Virus record (IMG/VR): IMGVR_UViG_3300031992_000016
Coordinates: 104,961-168,960 of that record
Length of the DNA: 64,000 nt
Direction: 5' to 3' (one strand)
DNA from: a virus
Taxonomy: Duplodnaviria; Caudoviricetes
Shown here: positions 42,001 to 52,405 of the stretch, piece after piece
Numbering within the stretch: position 1 is the first letter of the stretch
Layout of the letters: each line of letters begins with the position of its first letter
Program-made: the position numbers and the translations under genes
The notes under the pieces: generated by a model
Database searches by the model: none
Told to the model about the DNA's origin: nothing
What the model saw: the letters and a program-made list of their open reading frames with translations, nothing else

Positions 42001-43681
42001 AATTATTTTGCATATAAGCATTAAATTTTCTATAAGTAGGAATACCACCAATTGGATGCCCTTCTGAGCCTTTTGCTGCTTTCATGTTGCCCCATGCAGT
42101 CCGCAACGTACCACCTTTGCCAAAGAAATTTCCAAATGCCATGCTAATACCTGTTAATTTATCTAACATCTATGGTTTAAATGCAGTCATCATCATCTAA
42201 GAAATTTTTGCTAATATACCAGGGATACCTCCAAGACCATTAACTAAACCTCTAACTGCAGATAACGCTGTTGCCAATGCATTATTAAATCCAACAAGGA
42301 ATTTATCATTAATTAAATCACCGAAAATAGCTTCTTTACTTGCTTGTACTCTTTGTTTAGATGCTTTAACAGAATCTTCATAAATTTTCTGCATTTTTTC
42401 TAAGCTGCCAGCTGAATTTTGAGCATTTTGCAAATCTTTTTGATACGTATCCCAGTTTTCAAATAATGCCATTAATTGCGTATATTGACGTTTACCAGCA
42501 ACAACCTGCGCGATAGCAGTTTTTTGCGCACTGCCCATGGTCTACCATTTATTACCAAGATCAGTAATAACATCGCCCATATCACGCATATTACCAGTAG
42601 CATCTAAAACCTATACACCAATAGAATTTAATGAGCTTGAAACTTTACCTAAATTAACACCGTCTTCTAATGTTTCACCTAATTTTAAGTCACCCATACG
42701 TGCTAAAATAGTTTTAAAAGATGTACCAATTGATTCAGCACTTTCACGAGTAACAGAAGATACAGTTGCAACAATAGAAGACATTTGTTCCATACCGACA
42801 CCAACAGTACTAGCAGTCGCGGCAACTTTCTATAAAGCTGTTGCAATTTCTTCCATGCTAGTAGCAGTAGTAGAACCTAATTTTGCCATTACATCTACAT
42901 AACCTTCAAGCTAATCACCGCCTGCTTTATAAGAATTCCAAACGGCGGTTAGCATTTCTGACATTTCCGCAGCATTAGCTTTGAATGCAGTATTTGCAGC
43001 CTTTAAAGTAATTTGTGCTTTCTTTTGTACATCTCTATCATTATCACCCTATTGATAATAAATTAATGCTGCATCAGCATATGCTTTTGTTGATGTACTT
43101 AAACTTTTTGCCATTACATTTGCTTCTTTTGCAAAATTGCTCATATCAGAAATAGATTTGCCAGTAACAACACGAATATTATTTAATGAAGTATTTAAAT
43201 TTTCAATATAGCTAACTGCTCCACTCATAGCAGACTATAAGCCATGAACCATTTGACTAGCTGCTTGCCATTTCACAGTATTCATTAAAGTTGTGCCAAA
43301 CTATGCAATAAGACCAGTCGCTTTTTGCGCGGGAATAGTTGCCTAAGTTAGAACAGAAGACAACTATGAAATTGCCTATTGTCCAGTTGTACCGGCGCGC
43401 TAGAAACTGGCAATTAACGTTTGAACATTTGTATTAGCACTCGCCAAGCTATTACTTAATGCACTAAAATTAATTTGCCCAGTATTAACATTAACTGCCT
43501 ATTGTAATGCCTACTATAATTTTGCTGCTTGCTACGCGGCATCTGCCATATTTGTATCAATTTTTAAATTTAATCTACTGTTTTGCTGCAATCTTTGTAA
43601 TGAAGAACTTAATTGTTCAACCTACCGCTATGCAGCACTGGCATCAGCCTAAATATTAATTTTATACTATACACCAGCCAC
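30023..43681 (-). CDS. Tail tape measure protein (4552 aa); TAG=Gln
   Basis: About 19 track ORFs lie in one frame. GTG start with SD GAAAGGAG; TAA at 30023. Tape-measure core motifs (ESAESIGTSFKTILARM, VAGKRQYTQLMAL), LGIASPSK, and C-terminal GYASGGLVDYTGPAWVDG and LE*NVHISAEFPNA. Confidence 0.88.
37450..37935 (-). repeat. About 7 tandem 24-aa (72-bp) repeats inside the tape measure gene, consensus KTITFQGEFGTYTA
   Basis: gtaccaaattcaccttggaaagtaatagtttta occurs at 37539 and 37611, with degenerate copies on both sides. Confidence 0.8.
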
Positions 43682-43711
43682 GTTGCAAACTCCTTTCTCT
43701 CTTTATATAAT

Positions 43712-43746
43712 AAAAAAATCGTCTAATATTATGTATTAGACGATTT
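43712..43746 (-). terminator. Rho-independent terminator immediately upstream of tape measure gene
   Basis: aaatcgtctaata-ttatg-tattagacgattt with a T-run on the minus strand. Confidence 0.7.
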
Positions 43747-43755
43747 CATTTTTTC

Positions 43756-44280
43756 TTAACCTATTTTATCTAAAATTTCTTTAACCGTAGTTAATTTTTC
43801 TGGGTCTTCAATTTTTTCAATTGTTTTATCAATATCATCTTTTGCAATCGCATAATCTGCATTAATCATATTAATCATACCAGCTAATGAATTATTATAA
43901 GAAACAATATTATTCGCACATTTCTAAGCAGCGTCCCATAATAATTCATGTTCTCTTGTGGGAATTGCTTTAATTACACTATCATAAACATGATTAAGTT
44001 CTAATGCATCAAATACTTTACTAATATTTTCTAATTGCTTATCAGTAATATTAATATTAGTATAATAACGAATTAATAAAACTTTAAACCAAATTTCTAA
44101 TCGCATTGGGTTATAAGCACCAGTAGAATCAATAGTATATGATAATAATTCACTAATCAACTGTGCTTTATCATCTACTGATAAATACTAAATTACATTA
44201 ATTTCTGTATCTCCTATTTTTATAATCACAGGTTCAACTGATTTAATGGGTGTTACTTTTGAAAAAGCAACTTTCGCCAT
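43756..44280 (-). CDS. Hypothetical protein upstream of tape measure (174 aa), possible tail assembly chaperone; TAG=Gln
   Basis: ATG 44280 with SD AAAGGAG; TAGs at 44188 (NVI*YLS) and 43924; TAA at 43756. Confidence 0.75.
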
Positions 44281-44313
44281 AATAACATCTCCTTTATCTC
44301 AATACTTATTTAT

Positions 44314-44342
44314 AATATACCATATTTTTTTTATTTTGTCAA
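44314..44342 (-). promoter_or_regulatory. Sigma-A type promoter inside the late region
   Basis: TTGACA (44337-44342), 17-bp spacer ending TGG, TATATT (44314-44319). Confidence 0.7.
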
Positions 44343-45584
44343 TTATGAATCTGCGATAGACGCTAAAGTAGATTTTGAAATTTCAGTTATCCAATCTCCT
44401 TTTTGTTTATGTATCATTTCATTAACTTGAGTATAGATTTTGCTAATAATTTCTGCTGTACTAATAACATAAATGTTTGCACTACCAGGATCATTATATA
44501 CTAAATAATTAGCACCTAAATCACCAATACCATCTTTCTTTAATTCATTTCTAATAATTTCGTCTACATAAGTTTGACCTCGACCTGTTAATTCATAAAT
44601 AACACGTAACTACTATAAAGCTAATCGTACATCTTCACGATGAGTATTACGAGCATAATAAAAAATACTAATTGAAACACCATAAGGAAATCGAGTATTA
44701 AGCAGATCTAAATAAACACGTTTACTTTTTGTCTAACCAAAATGAACTGAACGTACTCTTGACTAAATGGCATTTGTAATACCTGTCGCGGCGTCTTTAA
44801 TATATGATAAACTATTATAGTTTTTTGCAGTAAAATAAGCTTTATGCAATAATTTAGCAATATGCATTAATTTAGATCCGGCGGTTGCAGTAATTGTTAA
44901 TTCAACTGCATGTCCATTCACATCGACTTTACCATTAACAGTAGTTGTTACAAAATCATCGGCAGATGTTCGTTCATCAAACAGGCGTTTAATTTTATCT
45001 GCTTCCTCTTGTACTGCAGCATTAGCAAGATCACTTATTGCTCCATCAATCATACTACGCAATGGAGTATGCGCACCTTTCGTACTTACTGAATGCCCCA
45101 TAACATTTACTTTTGCGGCACCAAAAATAACATCATTTAAATTGGCATTTTTTGCTCCTCCAAACTACTAAGTCGCCATACTGATAGCCGCCAATTCGCC
45201 TTCTAAAACATCACCTTGCGTCCAACCTTTAGACTTCAAACCAGTGCGAGTAAAAAAACCTCTGCCACTAGCGCCAATAACAGAACCCGCTTCTTGTAAA
45301 ATCTAACTTAAAGCTTGTTGCTAAATACCACTTTTTAATGATATATTCTCAAAACCCTTATTACCTTTATTAGATAAATTTTTTAAATCACGAAAAAAAT
45401 CTTGCAATTCTCTTGCTTCAGCAGCACTACCTGCTCCTTCAACTGCTCCGTGACTATTACCAAGACCATTCATAATATTATTATACTCGCTCATTAATTC
45501 ATCACGCATCGCAGTTAATGCTTGATAAGGATCTAATCCTTCATATGCTTTATATCGTTCACCTAAGTGTAATAATCTTGGCAT
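44343..45584 (-). CDS. Hypothetical protein (413 aa); TAG=Gln
   Basis: Track ORFs 45321-45584 and 44763-45101 are in frame; reading continues through further TAGs to TAA at 44343. Confidence 0.72.
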
Positions 45585-45602
45585 TTATGTCACCCGCTTA
45601 AT

Positions 45603-45641
45603 AAAAAAAATGGGGACGAGCTTTTTTGCTCGTCCCCATTT
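45603..45641 (-). terminator. Rho-independent terminator after tail tube gene
   Basis: aaatggggacgagc-tttttt-gctcgtccccattt followed by a long T-run on the minus strand. Confidence 0.85.
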
Positions 45642-45656
45642 GTATTATATCAATAA

Positions 45657-46739
45657 TTATTCACCAAAACGCTTTGGAGGTTCCTTACCAGAATCTTCAT
45701 AAATGTCGCCTGGGAATTTAGTATCACCCTCAACTGCGCCACGAGTTGAACCATCATAAAGTGCAGTATCTTCAACAATCTGAAGAGCAGCAATTACTTT
45801 CTTGGTCTTATCAAACTTAGTATAGTCTGGGAAAGCATCCATTGTGAAAGTAAAGGTAGAAGGATCACCAGTAGGTGCCATTGTGAAGGTAAAGTTAGAC
45901 TGAACCTTGCAGTTAGGAATGATAAATTCAGCAGGATAGTCTTCACCAGTTGCTTCATCACGGAACAAAGTAGAAGCTTCAAGATAATAAGAACCACCGA
46001 ACTTACCAGCTTCAATATCAATCTGCTTTACATACTGAGTGCTCTTTACATAATAGTCAATATAAAGAACAGAACCTGGATCATCGCCCATGCCATTAAC
46101 GTAGTCATATACTTCCTGTGGATTCTTAGCATCCTTATAAGCATCTACGTTTGCTTGGAACTCAGTGCCAATAGGAGCATGAGCATCCATGATCTTACCA
46201 GCGACCAATAATTCATTATGAGCAGCATTATAAGCAGCAGCCCAATGAGCAAAGATTTCTTCAACGTTCATTTCCTTAGCAATATCATCACGTTGAATTT
46301 CCATAGGAATACGATTGGTATTAATAGAACCATCAGCATTCTTCAACATAATATACATGCTACCACCCTTGGCTGGCTCATGAGCAAGAGTAATCTTACC
46401 TGCTTTAATCTGAACCTGCTCAGTAGTATGTACATAAATAGGATGATCTTCATCAGCATCCATGAAACCAGCACCAGAAAGAATTGAGAAGCTTTCTGGA
46501 CTAATCAAAGCATCTTCCATTGTAAATGTTACAGTACGGTCGCCTTCCCAAGCTACCAAGCGAGGATTACCTTTACCGCCCTGAGCATAAACAGTTGTGC
46601 TCTGGCCTTCCAAAGAAGAAGTCTTCAATGTTTCAAAATATAACACAGGCATATCCTTGTCAAGATACAACTTACCGAAGAAACCTGCTGCCTTACGACG
46701 AAGTACAACATCGCAAATTTCGCGTACGCCAAATCTCAT
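45657..46739 (-). CDS. Major tail (tube) protein (360 aa); TAG-free
   Basis: The true start is MRFGVREICDVV after SD AAGGAGG. Motifs VYAQGGKGNPRLVAWEG and FTMAPTGDPSTFTFTMDA; followed by a strong terminator. Confidence 0.75.
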   Translation of the reverse strand: MRFGVREICDVVLRRKAAGFFGKLYLDKDMPVLYFETLKTSSLEGQSTTVYAQGGKGNPRLVAWEGDRTVTFTMEDALISPESFSILSGAGFMDADEDHPIYVHTTEQVQIKAGKITLAHEPAKGGSMYIMLKNADGSINTNRIPMEIQRDDIAKEMNVEEIFAHWAAAYNAAHNELLVAGKIMDAHAPIGTEFQANVDAYKDAKNPQEVYDYVNGMGDDPGSVLYIDYYVKSTQYVKQIDIEAGKFGGSYYLEASTLFRDEATGEDYPAEFIIPNCKVQSNFTFTMAPTGDPSTFTFTMDAFPDYTKFDKTKKVIAALQIVEDTALYDGSTRGAVEGDTKFPGDIYEDSGKEPPKRFGE

Positions 46740-46756
46740 ATGCGTTTCCTCCTTAA

Positions 46757-47515
46757 TTAATGTAAACTTTTCATCCAATCGTCTGGTTTACTGTCGGGTT
46801 TTCCGCCAGCCAAACGTGATCTTATATCTAAATCCCACCCGACATATAAGCCGTATCTCTCAATCAAATCATAGAGCTGATAGACCGTAAGATTAAGGCA
46901 ATCATCCAGACTCATGGATTCCAGAGCAATGGTGAGAATAGAAACATATCTAGATAAAACACCATCATTACCACCCGAGCCTCTACGCCGAGCAGCTTCA
47001 CTACGACCCTTCATTAATTTCGCCGCAATTGCAGCAGCTTTATTACCTTTTGGATTATAATTTGAGTTCTAACCACCAGTCGCATTATTTAATCCACACA
47101 CTTCTGTTAGAATTGCTTGCACAGTATCAAAATTATTTTCATCAAGAGTAAAAGAATGTTTTGTCGTAGCGTTATTAAAAAAAACTCCCATAGGTAAAAA
47201 CTATGCAGTATATCCTGGGAAAAACAACATAAACAGTTGTTCGATGGTATTTTTCCGCTTCCCCGAATCCTAAATATTCGGGTTAGCTACTAATGTCATA
47301 AATATCTAAAAATTATTAAGGGCGGCTAAACTAGAAGCGCCCTATCCTGTCTAAGATGCTAAAAGCACTTTTCGATTAAAACACACTAACTATAAGGCTA
47401 AAAAATATTCTTCTTCACCAATTAATGCAATTTCCGCGATTTTAGGCTAGTGGATTGTAGTCTATAACTCAACTACTGGGATATTAGTCCCAGCCATTAA
47501 AGCTAATGAATTCAT
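46757..47515 (-). CDS. Hypothetical tail-module protein (252 aa); TAG=Gln
   Basis: ATGA overlap with the upstream gene; MNSLALMAGTNIPVVEL*TTIH*PKIAEIALIGE; in frame with track ORF 46757-47014. Confidence 0.75.
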
Positions 47516-48045
47516 AATAATGGGTTCCGCTAATCTTCTTCTCCGTGAATAGCTTCATAAGTTAAACATAAACCCATCAACTAATCATTAAGTAAAAGAT
47601 TGCGCCCAGTTAAGAATTGAGTTTCCCCAATTCCAGTTAATTTTTTCTTATTGAAAAGACTATCAATTTCACCAGCAATCTTATAAGGACGTAACTAAAA
47701 ATTGCCTAAATTCCAATGATCAGGATGACAAAGAATGTCAAATTCAATAATACAATCTCGATACACTGGATTCTTTTTATTTGGCTAAAAATTATCCATT
47801 GAAATTAATACGTAATTAGGACACTCAGTAGAAACTTCTAGCTAAGGAACTATACGTATCTACTTATGAATCATAGAATATTTTTGTTCTTGTGTTAAAT
47901 CATTTGCTTTTAAACAATCTTTTTCAGTATAATAAAGTAATTTCATTAAACGTTGATCTTCCATCATTTTTTGAATAATCAACGCCAAATCTTTATCGAC
48001 CGCCAAGAAACTTGATTTAGGAAAATAATCTTGCCCAACAATCAT
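47512..48045 (-). CDS. Putative tail terminator/completion protein (177 aa); TAG=Gln
   Basis: SD AAAGGAGGAG; reads through six TAGs to TGA at 47512; lies between neck and tail tube genes. Confidence 0.65.
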
Positions 48046-48062
48046 ATTAACTCCTCCTTTAA

Positions 48063-49028
48063 TTAAAACAATGATTCAACAACAATAGTTTTATGTAAAT
48101 CTTCAATTAGCATATCATTATGAAATACAATTTCAAATTCACCACTAACCATTGGCAACCATTTTACAATTAAACCATTATCTTGTTCATCTACTCGCCA
48201 TTCAACTACATCATCAATATCTTTATTCTAAGATGTTGATACTACTGACCAGTCACCGCGAATACGACGATTTACATTATATTTAACTTCCTATCTTGGC
48301 TTAATAAATACTTCACCATCAATAGAAACATCAAATATATTCTGCTTAGGAGGATTAGGATCGGTAGGCTCAATTATATATTCATCTCCATGACATTCAT
48401 AATCTTCTTCTGCGACTATTTCTAAAATACCGGGTGTACTAATACTGTCAGGAGCCTGAACTTTCCAATATCTACCTTCAAATTCAAAGCGTTGATAACG
48501 TTCTAGCGCACGTATTGTTTCCTCAGTGCGTTTTACATATATGTCAAGAGTTAAATTAGGTACATCAGCAGCAATACCGTGCTTTTGAATTGTATTAATT
48601 TTAGTTTCAACAGGCCCGCGCACAGCCATCCATAAACCAAATTTTTCTTTAGTTTCTGGATCAGTAACTTCAACCCACTAGGCTCTGCGGCAATTTCCTC
48701 TAAAATATGCCAATTCAGTTAATTCTTGTTTGAGTATTAGCCAATGAATACCAGACTCTTTTGGCCATTCAAAACTATCTCCTGGCTTAAAATCATATCG
48801 CCAATCAACAGAGATAATCTTTTCATCATAGTCAAATTTTACTTTATCAGGATTAATTAATGCTAATACCCATTCACTGTCTTCTTCATCTTTTTTAATC
48901 CAAGCATGTTGATAAGAATAAAGAAGCGCACGATGGAATGAACGTCTTTTATCTCGAACCATGCGGTCATGTTGGCGGTCATTAACCGCGGCACGTGCGC
49001 GAGCGCGCAAATTATCTAGTGCGTCCAT
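48063..49028 (-). CDS. Putative head-closure/head-tail joining protein (321 aa); TAG=Gln
   Basis: Two track ORFs in frame; ends KTIVVESLF-TAA; product inferred from gene order. Confidence 0.65.
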
Positions 49029-49341
49029 CTAACTAATTCGCTAAATCAGTTAATAGTGAAATTGCACTAAAAACTGTTTTGCGATATATCATAAAATCGG
49101 CTTCGTCAAGCAGACCATACAATTCAGTAACAAATACTAAAAAGTCTAATTCACCGCCAAATATTTTGTCTAACCCACGAAGTTCAAGTAATACAGTTTT
49201 AATCTATCCTTGCCAATCCTCTTGATTTTCACGCATCGGCAATAATTTCCAAATCTGATTGACCAGACGACGCAAATCGGTCACTACAACACCTGGTTCA
49301 AATTTGAACTCAGTTGTTTCTGATTGCTTCCCACTTGCCAT
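49012..49341 (-). CDS. Hypothetical neck-region protein (about 109 aa), absent from ORF track; TAG=Gln
   Basis: RLVNQIWKLLPMRENQEDWQG*IKTVLLELRGL; fills the gap between neighbours; start uncertain because the SD is weak. Confidence 0.65.
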
Positions 49342-49891
49342 AATCAATACCATTATCGCTATCTGCGTCGCCAGATCCTTCATGAATAATCTTAACAGTA
49401 CCAGCTAATGCAGCTTCTTCTTGCTTTGGAATAGCACTATCATTAAGCATATGCCAATTAGACATAACATGTCCAGTTTCTGGTACAATTTTACGCCGCT
49501 TATATAAACGTTGTGCGTGAATATTCTCGCGCCACACCTCAGTCTTTAAATTTAAAAGCTTCGCAAGATGATTAGCTTGCGAAGTAAATTTAAAATCTGA
49601 ACCGCTATATTTCATGCGTGTATTTTCAATAGAAGAAATCTGTCGGTCCAACCATACGACTTTCATTAAAATAGCGAAAATATTAATTTCTTCTCTGGTT
49701 AAATCAACATTGTATTGCTCTTGATCTGCGTCATAATCATATAGAGCAAATCTTGGAAATTCAAAGTAGGATATGGCATCTAATAGAATCTATTTACAAT
49801 CACGAATAGTATCTTCCTCAGTCAATTCCAAATACTAATCATCTGTAATTTTACCAAGGAAGGCATTATAAATAGTTTCAAATGATGTCAT
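49310..49891 (-). CDS. Putative head-tail adaptor (193 aa); TAG=Gln
   Basis: ATG 49891 with SD AAGGGGGAG; MTSFETIYNAFLGKITDD*YLELT; DFKFTSQANHLAKL; TGA stop. Confidence 0.68.
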
Positions 49892-49892
49892 A

Positions 49893-50492
49893 TTACTCCC
49901 CCTTTGCCTCTTCTTTCTGCACTACTTTATACTGAGGAGTAGTGCGGCGACCACTAGTTTTAGTTTCGGCCTATACTCTACGGGTAGGTGCAGCCTTTAC
50001 TTCCATACCACTATCAGTAGTATTTGCTTCTTCAGCCTGCGCAGCTTCAACTTCTGCCTTATGCTGCAAAGCAAGCGTTATATCAAAACCAGTCTTTGCT
50101 TTAAGAGCTTCGCGCTTACGCGCATCATTGCAAGGCAATTCATAAGAATATTTCTTGATTAAATCTATTACACCATCAGGCGCAAAATCAAGGCAATCAA
50201 GGAATGCTTCAACGCTACCATTTTGAATTAAATCAATAACGCCTTTTTCATCCAAATAATATTCAGGTTCAATCCGAATAGGCATTTCCTTCACTACTTC
50301 TGTATCTTCAATAAATAGACTATCACGAAGCATTACAGTACCACCTGGAACAAAACTTAAAGCATCCAACTCTTCACGAGTAAGATTTTTTACTTCGCCA
50401 GGCTACCATTCGCGGCGAATGCCCATATCTGGAATCGTATAAATAAGCATTCTACTACTGCGATTACGCACTTTAATTTTATTGTCTGCCAT
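49893..50492 (-). CDS. Hypothetical protein after major capsid gene (199 aa); TAG=Gln
   Basis: ATG 50492 with SD AAAGGAG; TAGs at 50403 (RREW*PGE) and 49971; TAA at 49893. Confidence 0.78.
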
Positions 50493-50520
50493 ATTTTTTT
50501 ACTCCTTTTTCTCTTAAATT

Positions 50521-50545
50521 AGGACCGCCGCACTGGCGGCGGCCC
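50521..50545 (-). terminator. GC-rich hairpin after major capsid gene (weak U-tract)
   Basis: Minus strand reads agggccgccgc-cagt-gcggcggtcct, then aattt. Confidence 0.6.
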
Positions 50546-50558
50546 TTATATATGATTA

Positions 50559-51614
50559 TTAATCGCCCGTTTCATTTGCAGAACGTGTAACATTCAATTG
50601 ACCTTTAAGAGCATCGTCGATATATACGCAGATGTCTGGAGTCATAACAACACCAACGCCTACTTTCTTATAGACCTGAATTTCACGGCTGCGATCCTTA
50701 TTGACATATTCATCAACAATAGTGCTACCTTCCATAACAACCTTGGCAGGCTTTACAGCACCTGGAAGAATATAGCAATAACCTGGGTCAATAACCTTTG
50801 TCTGATGAGTTGCATCAGTGAAGCCCTGTGGAAGAATAGTAATAGGATGATTCTTATAAGAAGCAAAACGACCATTATTCCAAATAGTATCCTTCATATT
50901 GTCAGAATACATAGCAGCATTAGCAGGACGAATCTTAGAAGCAAATTCTTCAGTGCAATAAATGGTAGGAGTACCATAAGCTGCAGCGATAGAAATTAAA
51001 CGATCAAATGCTGCTTCATCCCAACCAGTAACTTCAGCAGTATTAAGAGCTGGAAGCTGATTCAAACCAGTCTTCAAAGCCTGACCGATTTCCCAATAAA
51101 TGAGTTCGTCAAGACCTTCCATAACAATACGAGTTACCTCAGCAAAATCAGCACGACCATCAAGGAACTCTTCCAAACCAATCTGAGCGGCACCGCCGAT
51201 AGCACTGGTCTGTACTTCGATAGGCGTATCTTTACCAAGCTTAAATACTTCGTAAATACCAGCCAAACCGACCTTGGTGATGAACTGCTTTGCACGCTGA
51301 CGATCATGCCAACGCATAAAGATAGCCTTGTCACCCTGAGCCATGGTCTTTACTTCGGCAAACTTGCCATATTCCTGCTCAACTTTACGAGGAAGAACAT
51401 CATCCATGGTCTGTTCGATTAATTCAAAGATAGTATTCTTATTTTCACGATAAAGAGCAAAAGTGCCTGCATACTCATTGAGTTCTTTACGAAGGGTCTC
51501 ATTGAGTGCATCATAGGTGAGATTCTCACCATTAAATGAATATGCAACAGGAGCAGAGCGATCGGCCTTAGCTGTTGCCTTCATCAATTGAAGAAGTTCT
51601 TTCTTATCCAACAT
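50559..51614 (-). CDS. Major capsid protein (351 aa); TAG-free
   Basis: Size and position after the protease and head protein genes. Motifs ALYRENKNTIFELIE and AIGGAAQIGLEEFLDG; strongly biased codons; SD AAAGGAG. Confidence 0.8.
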   Translation of the reverse strand: MLDKKELLQLMKATAKADRSAPVAYSFNGENLTYDALNETLRKELNEYAGTFALYRENKNTIFELIEQTMDDVLPRKVEQEYGKFAEVKTMAQGDKAIFMRWHDRQRAKQFITKVGLAGIYEVFKLGKDTPIEVQTSAIGGAAQIGLEEFLDGRADFAEVTRIVMEGLDELIYWEIGQALKTGLNQLPALNTAEVTGWDEAAFDRLISIAAAYGTPTIYCTEEFASKIRPANAAMYSDNMKDTIWNNGRFASYKNHPITILPQGFTDATHQTKVIDPGYCYILPGAVKPAKVVMEGSTIVDEYVNKDRSREIQVYKKVGVGVVMTPDICVYIDDALKGQLNVTRSANETGD

Positions 51615-51634
51615 TGTCAATCTCTCCTTTCCTA

Positions 51635-52384
51635 TTACTGAAGTCTCATAATTTTAACAGCTGGTTGCATATCGCCAAGATTATAAACCTTAACTACCTG
51701 CCATACCATACCAGCAGGAAGAGCAGGAGCATTTTCACCACTAGGAGCGGTAACCTTAACAAGATAACCATCTTCGCCTGGGGCCAAAAGATCACCACGA
51801 GCTAAAGAACCTGGATCTGCTTTAATGCAGTTAGTAGTAAAAATATCACCCTCATGAGTCTTAAAGAGACGAGGTACCATAATACCCTGGGTATCAGTAA
51901 AGAGCTGTGGCTGATTTAATACTTCAACTTCATACTTGTTACCAATAGCAAAATGATTACGACCAAAATCTTCACCAGGATAGGTTTCGGTATGTCCATC
52001 TGGATAAATCTCACTATTAGCACCAATAGTCTTCATCAAAGGATTAAGATCAACATTATTAGCACCGGTTACACCAACTGGGCTATAAACAGAGCCGGTA
52101 TAGTCACGACGGATCATTGCGAAGTCCTGATCGGTTTCGCCCTTGGCATAAACCTTTACTTCGTTATAAACTAACATCCACTCGCCCTTGCCGGTAAAAT
52201 TGACTACATTATTAGCATAGTCATACTTTGCAAACTGACCATTCTCAAGAATCTTAATATTCTTAGCTGCTGGCAACTGTGCATAAATCTCGCCAGTGCG
52301 CTGTGCAGACAAATGGTTAGGTTCAACCTGACCGAAGCCATAAGTTACATAAGTGGCTACCGGTGAAAGTCTTTTAAAAGCCAT
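51635..52384 (-). CDS. Head structural/decoration protein (249 aa); TAG-free
   Basis: Intact ORF between protease and major capsid genes; GQVEPNHLSAQRTG motif; SD AAAGGAGG. Confidence 0.65.
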   Translation of the reverse strand: MAFKRLSPVATYVTYGFGQVEPNHLSAQRTGEIYAQLPAAKNIKILENGQFAKYDYANNVVNFTGKGEWMLVYNEVKVYAKGETDQDFAMIRRDYTGSVYSPVGVTGANNVDLNPLMKTIGANSEIYPDGHTETYPGEDFGRNHFAIGNKYEVEVLNQPQLFTDTQGIMVPRLFKTHEGDIFTTNCIKADPGSLARGDLLAPGEDGYLVKVTAPSGENAPALPAGMVWQVVKVYNLGDMQPAVKIMRLQ

Positions 52385-52405
52385 TGTAGCTTCCTCCTTT
52401 ATTTA

